A stretch of 64,000 bases of DNA from Candidatus Peregrinibacteria bacterium CG_4_9_14_0_2_um_filter_53_11. Its GTDB lineage: Bacteria; Patescibacteriota; Gracilibacteria; UBA1369; UM-FILTER-53-11. Below are positions 30,026 to 39,456 of this stretch, in pieces. The number at the start of each line of letters is the position of its first letter. Position 1 is the stretch's first letter. A program made the translations under genes and the position numbers. The stretch lies in assembly GCA_002788775.1 (NCBI GenBank), contig PFRX01000013.1, positions 5,790 to 69,789 of the forward strand. The letters run 5' to 3'. The notes below the pieces were generated by a model. It saw only the letters and a list, made by a program, of their open reading frames with translations. It was not told the origin of the DNA and searched no databases.

Positions 30026-30029
30026 CCCT

Positions 30030-31268
30030 ATGTACCTCCGCTACACCTTAAAAACCGCCTTCAGTGGACTCCGTCGCAACACGGGGCGCTCACTGCTTAC
30101 CATTCTTGGTATCGTTATTGGTATCACGGCGATTATGATCGTGCTCTCTGTTGGAGAGGGAGCCGAGTCACTTATTTTGAACCAGGTGAGTGCTCTCGGA
30201 GCCCAGACGGTCATCGTCGAGCCCGGCCGTCAGCCCTCCGGGCCGGCCGACTTCGCGGAGATATTCACCGACTCACTCAAACAGCGTGAGCGCGAGGCGC
30301 TTGAGAACCCCGCAAATGTTCGCGGTGTCGACTTCGTCGTCCCCGAAGTTATTGCCGTTGCCGCTCTCTCGAACGAGTCGGAGACGACGCGCGTCAACGT
30401 GATCGGAACCGCCCCCGATATCCAGGAAATCCTGGCGATTAGTGCAAATGAAGGCACCTTCATCACGGAGGATGACGTGCGCCAAGCTGCCTCGTCGGTT
30501 GTTTTGGGAGCCACGGTTAAAGAGGATTTATTTGGAAGCGCACCCGCACTCGGTAAAAAGATAAAGATTAAGGGAAGGACCTTTCGCGTTGTCGGGCTTA
30601 TCGACCCCACCGGCCAGGTTGGCTTCCTCAACGTTGATGAGATCGCCATCATCCCCTACACCACAGCTCAGCGCTATCTTCTTGGAATCGACCACTTTAA
30701 CGTCCTCTGGCTCCACGCCGAGAGTGGCGAGGCCGTCTCGCGCGTTGTGCGCGACGTGGAGCTAACTCTTCGCGAGCTGCACGACATCGACGATCCCGAG
30801 AAGGACGACTTCCACGTCGTCACGCAGGAAGACGCCATTGAGAGTATTGGCATTATTACAACGGTTTTGACCGCCCTGCTCACCTCGGTAGCCGCCATCT
30901 CGCTTGTTGTTGGAGGTGTGGGAATTATGAATATCATGCTCGTCTCAGTCTCCGAGAGAACACGGGAGATCGGCTTACGTAAGGCTGTCGGTGCACGTAA
31001 TGAAGACATCATGGCTCAGTTTCTGATTGAGGCGGTGATGCTTACGGGAATCGGCGGTATTGTCGGAATCGTCCTCGGTGCCCTCTTCTCGTTCATTGCG
31101 GCGCTCATACTCGCGCAAGTTGTGGGAACCGACTGGGAGTTTATATTTTCCATCACGGCTGCGGTTGCCGGACTATTAGTGGCTTCGACGATCGGTCTGG
31201 TCTTCGGCATCTATCCCGCCCGACAGGCAGCCCAAAAAAGCCCCATCGAGGCACTGCGGTTTGAGTAA
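30030..31268 (+). CDS. MacB/FtsX-family ABC permease
   Basis: RSLLTILGIVIG, GGVGIMNIMLVSVSERTREIGLRKAVGA, PIEALRFE. Confidence 0.95.
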   Translation: MYLRYTLKTAFSGLRRNTGRSLLTILGIVIGITAIMIVLSVGEGAESLILNQVSALGAQTVIVEPGRQPSGPADFAEIFTDSLKQREREALENPANVRGVDFVVPEVIAVAALSNESETTRVNVIGTAPDIQEILAISANEGTFITEDDVRQAASSVVLGATVKEDLFGSAPALGKKIKIKGRTFRVVGLIDPTGQVGFLNVDEIAIIPYTTAQRYLLGIDHFNVLWLHAESGEAVSRVVRDVELTLRELHDIDDPEKDDFHVVTQEDAIESIGIITTVLTALLTSVAAISLVVGGVGIMNIMLVSVSERTREIGLRKAVGARNEDIMAQFLIEAVMLTGIGGIVGIVLGALFSFIAALILAQVVGTDWEFIFSITAAVAGLLVASTIGLVFGIYPARQAAQKSPIEALRFE

Positions 31269-31282
31269 GGAATCCGCTTCCT

Positions 31283-32686
31283 TTAGCTGCTCTGTTTTTC
31301 CAGCTCTGCGATGAGCGCATTCACAAAGCGGCCCGCCTGCGCCCCGTCCGCTATGCGGTGGTCGAAGGTCAGCGTCAGCGTCATCATGGGTCGAATAGCC
31401 ACCTCCCCCTCCAGGGCGACGGGGCGCTCTTTCATGCGGTAGAGGCCGAGGATGGCGCTCTGTCCGTAGGGGATGATAGGTGTTGCGGTAATCCCACCGA
31501 CCGAGCCGATGTTTGTTATGGTGAAGCTCGCTCCCTCCATCTCGGCTGGACTGAGCTTTCGTTCTTGCGCCTTTGCAGCAAGCTCGATGATCTCGCGTGC
31601 GATCGTGAAGATGTCTTTGTTGGCGGCATCTTTAATCACCGGAACCATCAGTCCCTCCGGTGTGTCGACGGCGATGCCGATGTTTATATAGTCTTTGTAG
31701 ACGAGCTCCTTGGTGGCGTCATCCACCGTTGCGTTTAGCGCAGGGAAGTCATGGAGGAGGCCGGCGACGGCCTGAACAAAATAGGCCAGGTAGGTGAGCT
31801 TGATACCTTTCTTTTCTGCGTCGACTTTCTGAGTTGTACGAAGTCCCACGAGTGTTGTCGCATCGAACTCGTCGGTATGCGTGACCTGCGGCATCGTCTG
31901 GACCGACTTCACCATATGCTCGGCAATGGCCTTACGGAGGCCCTTAAGCGGCTCTCGTCGCACCACGCCAAATTTCTCGTACTCGGTTTTTGAGGAGGGA
32001 GCGGCTGCCGAAGCTGCACTCTGGGGAGACGGCATCTGAGCCAGTTCTGACTCGGCGGGCTCCATGCTGCTCGTCTTTCCTGCAGCCATCTGGACGTCCG
32101 CGATCGAGATCATTCCGCCGGGCCCGGTACCTCTAACTTGGGTGAGGTCGACTCCAAGCTCAGCGGCCTTCTGGCGAATCATGGGGAGGACGTGTGCTGC
32201 TGCCGGGGCGGTTTTTGCGGAGTCGGGCTCGGGTTTTCGTGAGGGCAGGACGACTCCTCCACTATCGGTGGGAATTGAGCCGACGACACCGGGGGCGGCC
32301 TCTTCAGCTGCTGCCGGGGTGGCCGGTTGTGACACTGCGCCTGTCGTTATTGGCGTTGGTACAGCGGAGACACCGCCATGAGCTGTGGCCGGAGTTTGAG
32401 CTGGGGCGGCCGCTGCCGGTGTCTTTACCGATGGAGCCCAGCTCTCGCCCTTCTCTCCAATAACAGCCAGTAGGTCGCCGACGTTGATGGTCTCGCCGTC
32501 TTTTCCTTGGGTGTGAAGAATAGTTCCAGTTTTTGGGGAGGGAATTTCGACGATCGCCTTGGCCGTCTCGACCTCGATGATCGCCTGATCCTCCTTAACC
32601 TCGTCACCTTCTTTTATCAGCCAGCGAACGATCTCACCTTCATGAATACCTTCGCCAACATCCGGAAATAAAAACTCAACTGCCAT
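31283..32686 (-). CDS. pdhC: 2-oxoacid (pyruvate) dehydrogenase E2 dihydrolipoamide acyltransferase
   Basis: Lipoyl domain ETAKA, PSBD GTGPGG, catalytic DHRIADG. Confidence 0.93.
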   Translation of the reverse strand: MAVEFLFPDVGEGIHEGEIVRWLIKEGDEVKEDQAIIEVETAKAIVEIPSPKTGTILHTQGKDGETINVGDLLAVIGEKGESWAPSVKTPAAAAPAQTPATAHGGVSAVPTPITTGAVSQPATPAAAEEAAPGVVGSIPTDSGGVVLPSRKPEPDSAKTAPAAAHVLPMIRQKAAELGVDLTQVRGTGPGGMISIADVQMAAGKTSSMEPAESELAQMPSPQSAASAAAPSSKTEYEKFGVVRREPLKGLRKAIAEHMVKSVQTMPQVTHTDEFDATTLVGLRTTQKVDAEKKGIKLTYLAYFVQAVAGLLHDFPALNATVDDATKELVYKDYINIGIAVDTPEGLMVPVIKDAANKDIFTIAREIIELAAKAQERKLSPAEMEGASFTITNIGSVGGITATPIIPYGQSAILGLYRMKERPVALEGEVAIRPMMTLTLTFDHRIADGAQAGRFVNALIAELEKQSS

Positions 32687-32845
32687 ATGTGCCCAGTGTA
32701 GTGATTATCGGGCGATGTGAAAAGTCGGAGATTGCAGAGTGCCTCCCCGTAACACATTGACGAAAACAGTGCCCGTGGTACAATTGGTCCTAAACTAGGT
32801 AGAGCTTCACGGAAAAATCCCTCCTACATCTTCACCCCCACCCCT

Positions 32846-33136
32846 ATGGAAAGGCAGCCAGAACGATCAGTAGAAAAACTAGGAGCACGCCCAGGAACAG
32901 GTGTCGCCCAGGCGCCAGGGCTACCTAAGGTAGACGGTGTCGCCACCTGGCTCGACAGGCTGGCCGCTCAGCTTCCGCCTGAGGGAGGACGCGTTGAAAC
33001 TCGTCACCGCCATGCACTTCATAATCCGGATGGCAGAGTGGGGGGCATAGACATAGATAACCACCGCCGTCTAAGCACGCCCCCGATGACAGCCAGGCCC
33101 GTCTCGGATAAGCCGGCCGCCGAAAGAGCTGAGTAG
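32846..33136 (+). CDS. Small hypothetical protein
   Basis: 96-aa ORF between pdhC and pdhB on the opposite strand; promoter TTGACG(32757)-16 nt-TACAAT. Confidence 0.5.
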   Translation: MERQPERSVEKLGARPGTGVAQAPGLPKVDGVATWLDRLAAQLPPEGGRVETRHRHALHNPDGRVGGIDIDNHRRLSTPPMTARPVSDKPAAERAE

Positions 33137-33200
33137 TTTTGATTCTGAAGGCCCGCGGTCTCAGCGGATCCGGTGCGTCCTTCTAACTTCCTATTGGAAC

Positions 33201-34175
33201 CTACCCCAGAACTTTTCTGATGCCCGCCGTCAGTCGGCGCTCTTCGGGAATGTAGAGATCTTCGCCCTTGAGTAGGGGCATTATAATATCGAATCCGGTG
33301 ACGCGCTCGACGGGGGCCTGAAGGCTGAAGAGGCAGTTTTCGTTTATGAGTGCGGAGATCTCAGCCGCGACACCACCGGTTCGTGGTCCTTCTTGGAGGA
33401 TGACACAGCGGCCCGTTTTCGTGACTGACTGAGTGACCGCCTCTCGGTCGAGTGGAGTGATTGAGCGCAGGTCGATAACTTCCACACTGACTCCCTCGGC
33501 GGCCAGAGCGCCCTGCACTTTGAGGGCCGTTGGGATCATCGAGCCCCAGGAGACGACGGTAACGTCTTTTCCCTCAACCATAACGCGCGCCTTGCCGAGC
33601 TCTACGGTGTATGACTCCTCGGGGACGTCTTCTTTGAGTGAGCGGTAGAGCCTTTTGGGCTCCATAAAGACGACGGGATCGGGGTCGCGGATCGCACTGA
33701 TCAGCAGGCCTTTTGCGTCGTAGGGAGTTGCGGGCGTCACGACTTTTATGCCGGGAATGTGCATGTAGAGCGCCTCCATCGCCTCGGAGTGATGCTCCAG
33801 GGCGCGAACTCCTCCGCCATAGGGAAAGCGCAGAACGAGTGGGCAGCTGAGCATCCCTCGGGAGCGGTTTCTCATACGGGCGGCGTGGCTAATCAGCTGG
33901 TCGAATGCCGGGTAGACGAAGCCGTCAAACTGCATCTCCACAACGGGACGCATGCCCGCCATGGCCAGTCCGATAGCTGTTCCCAAGATTCCGGCCTCCG
34001 CGAGCGGAGTATCGATAACACGCTCCTCGCCGTAGACGTCGATCAGCTTATCCGTTATACGGAAGACACCACCGTCGCGTCCGACGTCTTCACCCATAAT
34101 TATGACGCGCTCGTCGGCAGCCATCTCCTGGTGGAGGGCTTGGTTGAGGGCTGAGGCTATGGTCTGTGTGGCCAT
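33201..34175 (-). CDS. pdhB: Pyruvate/2-oxoacid dehydrogenase E1 beta
   Basis: GEDVG..GGVFR, DTPLAE, EHHSE, EPKRLYR. Confidence 0.93.
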   Translation of the reverse strand: MATQTIASALNQALHQEMAADERVIIMGEDVGRDGGVFRITDKLIDVYGEERVIDTPLAEAGILGTAIGLAMAGMRPVVEMQFDGFVYPAFDQLISHAARMRNRSRGMLSCPLVLRFPYGGGVRALEHHSEAMEALYMHIPGIKVVTPATPYDAKGLLISAIRDPDPVVFMEPKRLYRSLKEDVPEESYTVELGKARVMVEGKDVTVVSWGSMIPTALKVQGALAAEGVSVEVIDLRSITPLDREAVTQSVTKTGRCVILQEGPRTGGVAAEISALINENCLFSLQAPVERVTGFDIIMPLLKGEDLYIPEERRLTAGIRKVLG

Positions 34176-34188
34176 ACGTTAGGTTGAG

Positions 34189-35274
34189 CTAGTGGGCTTC
34201 GGGATAAAATGACTGGAGGTAGGTTTTCTGTTCGACCAGTGCGGGAGGAAGAGTCTCAAACATGTAGTCGAAGATCTCTGCCGGCGTCTGAACGGGGTGA
34301 TTTTCGGCTTTCTCAACGGCCTCGGCGATTTTAGGTTCGGCGGCGGCCTGGAGCTCTTCCTCCCAGGCGGCGGTCCAGAGCCCCTTCTTTTCGAGGTACT
34401 TCTGCAGGCGGATCATCGGATCACGGGGACGCCACTGCTCAATCTCGGCGGGGTCGCGGTACTTTTTGGCCTCGTCGGAGGTTGTGTGGTTTCCAAAGCG
34501 GTAGGCGACGGCCTCAATCAGGGTTGCTCCCTCACCGTTTCGGGCACGCTCTACGGCAAATTTGGTGACGGCGGCAACCGCGAACAGGTCCATGCCATCA
34601 ACTTGAATACCTGGAATTCCCGCGGCGATGGCCTTCTGAGCGAGCGTTTTGGCGGCTGTCTGGCGGCTGCGGGGGATAGAGATCGCCCACTGGTTGTTCT
34701 GGCAGAAGAGGATCGTGGGAATTTTAAAGACACCCGCGAAGTTGAGGGCCTCGTAGAAGTCACCTTCCGAGGTAGCTCCATCCCCAAAATAGGAGATCGT
34801 GATGTGTGATTTTTTCTGCATCTTCATCGCCCAGGCGTAACCGGCCGCGTGGAGCATGTGCGAACCGACGGGAATCGAGGGCGGGGCGACACAGGCCGAG
34901 TGGTTGCTGCCCCACTCGTTTCCCATCCAGTAGACGAGAAAGGTATCGAGAGGCATGCCGTGCACATACGAGATTCCCAGCTCACGGAAGGCGGGAAAGA
35001 CCCAGTCTTTCTTGTCGAGCATCAGGCCACTACCAATCTGGCAGGCCTCCTGTCCTTCGATAGAGGCGTAAGTCCCACAACGGCCTTGCCGTTGGAGTTT
35101 GCTTATTTTCGTATCGGCCATGCGCAAAAAGACCATTGTTGCATAGGCCTCCTTGATCTGTTCGTTGCTCCAGTTGGGCATTAGCTCGGGGCGCACGACC
35201 TCGCCCTCCGGGCTAAGGACTTGAACCATCTCATCGGTCAGCGGGTTGTAGTCGTTGAGGAGTGAGGCTGTCAT
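34189..35274 (-). CDS. pdhA: Pyruvate/2-oxoacid dehydrogenase E1 alpha
   Basis: LQRQGR, GQEA, TPP motif GDGATSEGD...QNN, HTTSD. Confidence 0.93.
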   Translation of the reverse strand: MTASLLNDYNPLTDEMVQVLSPEGEVVRPELMPNWSNEQIKEAYATMVFLRMADTKISKLQRQGRCGTYASIEGQEACQIGSGLMLDKKDWVFPAFRELGISYVHGMPLDTFLVYWMGNEWGSNHSACVAPPSIPVGSHMLHAAGYAWAMKMQKKSHITISYFGDGATSEGDFYEALNFAGVFKIPTILFCQNNQWAISIPRSRQTAAKTLAQKAIAAGIPGIQVDGMDLFAVAAVTKFAVERARNGEGATLIEAVAYRFGNHTTSDEAKKYRDPAEIEQWRPRDPMIRLQKYLEKKGLWTAAWEEELQAAAEPKIAEAVEKAENHPVQTPAEIFDYMFETLPPALVEQKTYLQSFYPEAH

Positions 35275-35342
35275 AAGAGTGCGCCCCGATTATAAAGAAA
35301 AGGTCGGGGGGATGAAAGGAAGACTGCTTTTCGAGGGGGCGT

Positions 35343-36308
35343 TTAGTTGGTGGGGTGGGTTTTTGTCTTGAGGACGTTTTTTACAAAGAGCTCGCCGGCT
35401 CGGTAGGAGGAGCGGACAAAGGGGCCCGCGGCGACATAGTCGAAGCCCATCTTTTTCCCCTCTTCTTCATAAAACTTGTAGATCTCAGGTTTTACATACT
35501 CGACGACGGGGAGGTTCCAGGCAGAGGGGCGGAGGTACTGGCCCAGGGTGAGCAGGCTGACTCCGATGGCACGGAGGTCGCGCATCGCTTCGATAACCTC
35601 CTCCGGCCTCTCACCCAAGCCGACAATAATTGACGACTTGGTATACAGGTGCGGCGCCGCTTTTTTGACGTATTCAAGCACGCTGAGCGACTGTTCATAA
35701 TTCGCACGCCTGTCCCTCACCGTTGACTGAAGGCGCCGCACTGTCTCGATATTGTGAGCATAGACGTGGGGGCTGGCATCGATAACTTTTTGGGCACTCT
35801 CGGTACTCCCCTGATAGTCGGAGGTCAGAATCTCAACGAAAACGTGGGGGGCCGTTGTGCGCAGGTGCTTAATGCACTCGGCAAAGTGAGCCGCCCCACC
35901 ATCGGGCAGGTCGTCGCGGTCGACACAGGTAATGACGGCGTAGTCCACCCCCATCTTCCCGATCGCCTCGGCCAGGTTCTTGGGCTCATCGGGGTCGAGC
36001 TGCTGAGGTTTCCCGTGGTTCACGTTGCAAAACCGGCAGGCGCGGGTGCAGGTGTCCCCCATCAGCATAAAGGTGGCGGTTCCTCCTCCCCAGCACTCGG
36101 CGATATTGGGGCACTGGGCCTCCTCGCAGACGGTCGCCAGGTTCATCTTCTGTGCGGTCGCCCGAATCTTTCGGTAGCGCTCGTTGGGAAGGGCGACCTT
36201 CATCTTGAGCCAGTCGGGCTTGCGCAGCCGCCCGGGCACGAGCTGGATCATCGACGACTGGTTGACGCGCTGGCCACTCCTGTTTGATGGGCATCCGGCA
36301 CATGACAT
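35343..36308 (-). CDS. lipA: Lipoyl synthase
   Basis: CEEAQCPNIAEC (CX4CX5C), CTRACRFC radical-SAM motif, RSSY; start at ATG 36308. Confidence 0.96.
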   Translation of the reverse strand: MSCAGCPSNRSGQRVNQSSMIQLVPGRLRKPDWLKMKVALPNERYRKIRATAQKMNLATVCEEAQCPNIAECWGGGTATFMLMGDTCTRACRFCNVNHGKPQQLDPDEPKNLAEAIGKMGVDYAVITCVDRDDLPDGGAAHFAECIKHLRTTAPHVFVEILTSDYQGSTESAQKVIDASPHVYAHNIETVRRLQSTVRDRRANYEQSLSVLEYVKKAAPHLYTKSSIIVGLGERPEEVIEAMRDLRAIGVSLLTLGQYLRPSAWNLPVVEYVKPEIYKFYEEEGKKMGFDYVAAGPFVRSSYRAGELFVKNVLKTKTHPTN

Positions 36309-36404
36309 GAGCTGAGTATAGCATCCCCGCGGCACTTCATGAGCAGGCAATCATCAGGCCCCAGTAATTGACAAAAAAATATTTAATACTGTATATATAT
36401 CGCC

Positions 36405-37367
36405 ATGACTTTATCGAAAACCCCTCCCGCCGCCCCGGGGCAGACAGTTGAACCAGACCGCGACGCCAAGAAGCCGGACGTTGCTGATAGGCCACCACTT
36501 CTTCTCATCACAGTTCACGGCGATATCGCCCGTTTTGGTGAGAGATACGATCGCAATGCTAGTCCACTCGTCAATGAACCTGCCGTTCTTGTAAACCGCA
36601 ATCTGCCCCCTTCGCCGGAAACCGGAAGGGCTCACCCCGATGCGTTCAAACCCATTCGTATGGAGCTCATCAGGGCGCTGGGGATGGATTTACTAGCTGG
36701 CCAGAAGGGCGAGGGTGGGGCTGGCCGTGTAGACCTGCTTCTGGATCGTAGAATCCCGCAGGGCGAGCTCGATGAGCATACTACGGTCGCCTTTGATTTG
36801 ATCGATGCGGCTGTTCTCATCGGTGGTGGAGGGCACAACCCCGCGTTGGTGGATACCATTCACGACTGCCTTGGCGGTCTCGGGGCGCGAGGTGGTGAGG
36901 TCTCGACTTGGATATGTGATAACGTAAGCGGTGATGCCGCTCGGACGGCCCTCCTTCCTGCGTGGCTTGGGCGGATTAATGCTCTGCCTGGTACGAGGCT
37001 CGCCTTTGAGGCTCCCCAAAACATACCGGGCTCAGCCGAAGGTCAAGCCAAAGTCAAAAGAGGGGCCTGGGCAAGCTTCGCTGAGAGTTTCTTGGGTGCC
37101 TACCCGCGGTTTTCCCTACCCGCCGCTCTCAGTGCGGACACCGTCGCTCAGCTACAGGCGCCCGAGGGCCGAGCGCTCGCTTTTTCTCGTACCGCCGAGC
37201 ATCTCCTAGATGATGGAATCGCCCATCTCGCACGCCTCCAGTGTATTGAGCAACTTCTCGGTCTCGACATCGCCGCCATGCCCTCGTGTAGAGCAAAAGA
37301 GCTCCTCGATGGCGTGAGACATTCAACTACGCCCGCCTGTCGCCGGGCTGGAATGAGGCTGGTCTAG
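36405..37367 (+). CDS. Hypothetical protein
   Basis: 320-aa ORF with TTGACA promoter (36368); no recognised motif. Confidence 0.65.
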   Translation: MTLSKTPPAAPGQTVEPDRDAKKPDVADRPPLLLITVHGDIARFGERYDRNASPLVNEPAVLVNRNLPPSPETGRAHPDAFKPIRMELIRALGMDLLAGQKGEGGAGRVDLLLDRRIPQGELDEHTTVAFDLIDAAVLIGGGGHNPALVDTIHDCLGGLGARGGEVSTWICDNVSGDAARTALLPAWLGRINALPGTRLAFEAPQNIPGSAEGQAKVKRGAWASFAESFLGAYPRFSLPAALSADTVAQLQAPEGRALAFSRTAEHLLDDGIAHLARLQCIEQLLGLDIAAMPSCRAKELLDGVRHSTTPACRRAGMRLV

Positions 37368-37377
37368 CAGCCGATGG

Positions 37378-38343
37378 TTACATCCAGTCCTTCTTTTGGA
37401 AGTACCAGTACAAAATGGCCACCGAGAAAATCATGGTTGCAAGGGTAGCCTGGACGCCGTACTCCCAGTCAAAAATGGGCATGTGCGTGAAGTTCATGCC
37501 GAAGAAGCCGGTAATGAGTGTCGGGATCAGAATGATCGCACCCCAGCCGGTGACCCTTTTAACGGTCTGGTTCAGGTTGTATGAGATTGCCGTGAGGTAG
37601 AGCTCCATCGAGGTGTTCAGGATCTCGCGGTAGGTGGCATTGACCTCGATTAACTGGTTGAACGAGGAAGATAGGGACTGAAATCGATCCAGCATTGAGA
37701 CGTCGATAAAGTCGAAGTGCTCATGTTCGATCTTCAGCAGAATGTCGCGGTGGAGGACGAGTGCTCGGTGAAAGTAGATGATGCTTTTTTTGATTGCGTG
37801 CGAGCGAGCCAGGATCGTGTCGTCCACATGAGGAGCCAGGGCGTTATTCTCTACCGTTTGAACGGCCTCGTTGACTGTGTCCATCGCCTCGTGAAACGTA
37901 TCGACGATCTCGCCCAGCAGGGCGTGGAGGAGCGCCGTCGCCCCACGTCTGAAGAGCTCGGTAAAGTGCTGTGGCGAGTAGCTGTTTATCTCGTCAATTG
38001 GTGGGAGCGGGTGGTGGTGGATCGTTATGAACTCACTTCGCTCGTGTGAAATAAGAACGGTGCAGTTGAGCATATCGTAAAGTGTTTTCTTGCGATGTCC
38101 CGTGTGAACGGGCACCTGGAGGCGCATAATTGAGTGGCTGCCGAGATTAGCCCCGCCCAGCCTTTTTCCTCCGTTAATCCAGCCGCCCAGTGTCTCGCGA
38201 TCTATGCCCACGTGCGAGCAGACCTCCGCAAGTTCATCTTCAGTTGGCTCAGTCAGGTCGAGCCAGATCGTCCCTTGTTTTTTGAGTGAGGTGAAGGTGC
38301 CTTTTCTCACGGCCTCATCCTCAAAATAATGTATTGCGTGCAT
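37378..38343 (-). CDS. corA: CorA family Mg2+/Co2+ transporter
   Basis: WLDL..PT, PTLITGFFGMNF (GMN motif), C-terminal KKDWM. Confidence 0.93.
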   Translation of the reverse strand: MHAIHYFEDEAVRKGTFTSLKKQGTIWLDLTEPTEDELAEVCSHVGIDRETLGGWINGGKRLGGANLGSHSIMRLQVPVHTGHRKKTLYDMLNCTVLISHERSEFITIHHHPLPPIDEINSYSPQHFTELFRRGATALLHALLGEIVDTFHEAMDTVNEAVQTVENNALAPHVDDTILARSHAIKKSIIYFHRALVLHRDILLKIEHEHFDFIDVSMLDRFQSLSSSFNQLIEVNATYREILNTSMELYLTAISYNLNQTVKRVTGWGAIILIPTLITGFFGMNFTHMPIFDWEYGVQATLATMIFSVAILYWYFQKKDWM

Positions 38344-38409
38344 CCGCATATTATACCACAAACACTAAGCGCATGCTACACTACAGCCACTATTTCTTCG
38401 TAACTTGCT

Positions 38410-39414
38410 ATGTTCAAAAACCTCAAACGGCTTGCACTTTCTCTCATCGGTCTGGCACTCCCTCTCACAACTTTCGCTCATGAGCAGTGGTTTGTGTCGC
38501 CTTTTTTGCAGGATCCGGAGAAGCCTCTTCTCTTCCGTGAGTGGAGCGTGGTAAACGCCGCGATGCTTGTCGCCGCCGTTATCGGGGTTGTTGTGGCTTT
38601 GGTCCTTCACCGTCTTCTCTCAAAAAATAGCCGGGTGAAGGCAGTCAAAAAGTGGTTGGATGATTACTCCCCATGGGCCTCGATCGTTTTGAGGGGAAGT
38701 ATGGGGGTACTGCTTCTGGTTGGATCCGGAGCGGGCTTTCTCTTTGCGCCCGATCTCATGGTGCAGCCCACACTCGCCGGTGCCTGGTTGCTTGCACTGG
38801 AGTTTTTTACCGGCCTCGCTCTGGTTCTAGGTATCTACCCTCGCCTTGCCTCCTTGGTGGGCCTGGGCCTCTATCTGGCCGTCCTCGTTATCTTCCCGGT
38901 ACAACCAGTTGCAAGTTACCTCGCCTTCGCCGGGGTCTTCGTTTATCTCATTATGAAGGGAGACCCGACCCTCCCCGTTGCCAAGAAGTGGGCCTTCCAC
39001 AGCTGGGGACAGAAACTCGTCGCCCCCCTCTCCCCCTATGCAACCTCGCTTCTCCGCATCCTCACCGGCCTCTGTTTTGCGCTCGCGGGCTTCCTCTACA
39101 AGATCCTCACTCCCTGGTACTCCCTTGAGATTCTCAAGACACACCCGCTCAACTTTATGCCCTCGCTCGGTTTTGCCAACTTCGGCGACGAGATGTTTGT
39201 CCTCGCTGCCGGACTTGTGGAACTAACCCTGGGCATTCTCCTTATGTTGGGTGTACTCCCTCGGCTAATCTCACTGGTCGTCTTCGGCCTCTTCTTAAGC
39301 ACTCTGGCGATCTTTGGGCCAACCGAGCTGATCGGCCACCTTCCCCTCTTCGCCATCCTCTTCGTCATTATCGTAGCCGGGCCGGGAAAGAAGTGGACGG
39401 TTATGGAAAACTAG
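38410..39414 (+). CDS. DoxX-like multi-pass membrane protein (two repeats)
   Basis: AHEQWF after a signal-like N-terminus; two LR...G...E...G..L.LG..PRL units; ELIGHLP. Confidence 0.7.
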   Translation: MFKNLKRLALSLIGLALPLTTFAHEQWFVSPFLQDPEKPLLFREWSVVNAAMLVAAVIGVVVALVLHRLLSKNSRVKAVKKWLDDYSPWASIVLRGSMGVLLLVGSGAGFLFAPDLMVQPTLAGAWLLALEFFTGLALVLGIYPRLASLVGLGLYLAVLVIFPVQPVASYLAFAGVFVYLIMKGDPTLPVAKKWAFHSWGQKLVAPLSPYATSLLRILTGLCFALAGFLYKILTPWYSLEILKTHPLNFMPSLGFANFGDEMFVLAAGLVELTLGILLMLGVLPRLISLVVFGLFLSTLAIFGPTELIGHLPLFAILFVIIVAGPGKKWTVMEN

Positions 39415-39456
39415 GCGGATCCAGCTCCGCCGTTAAGGTAGTCGGGTGTCCGCTCT

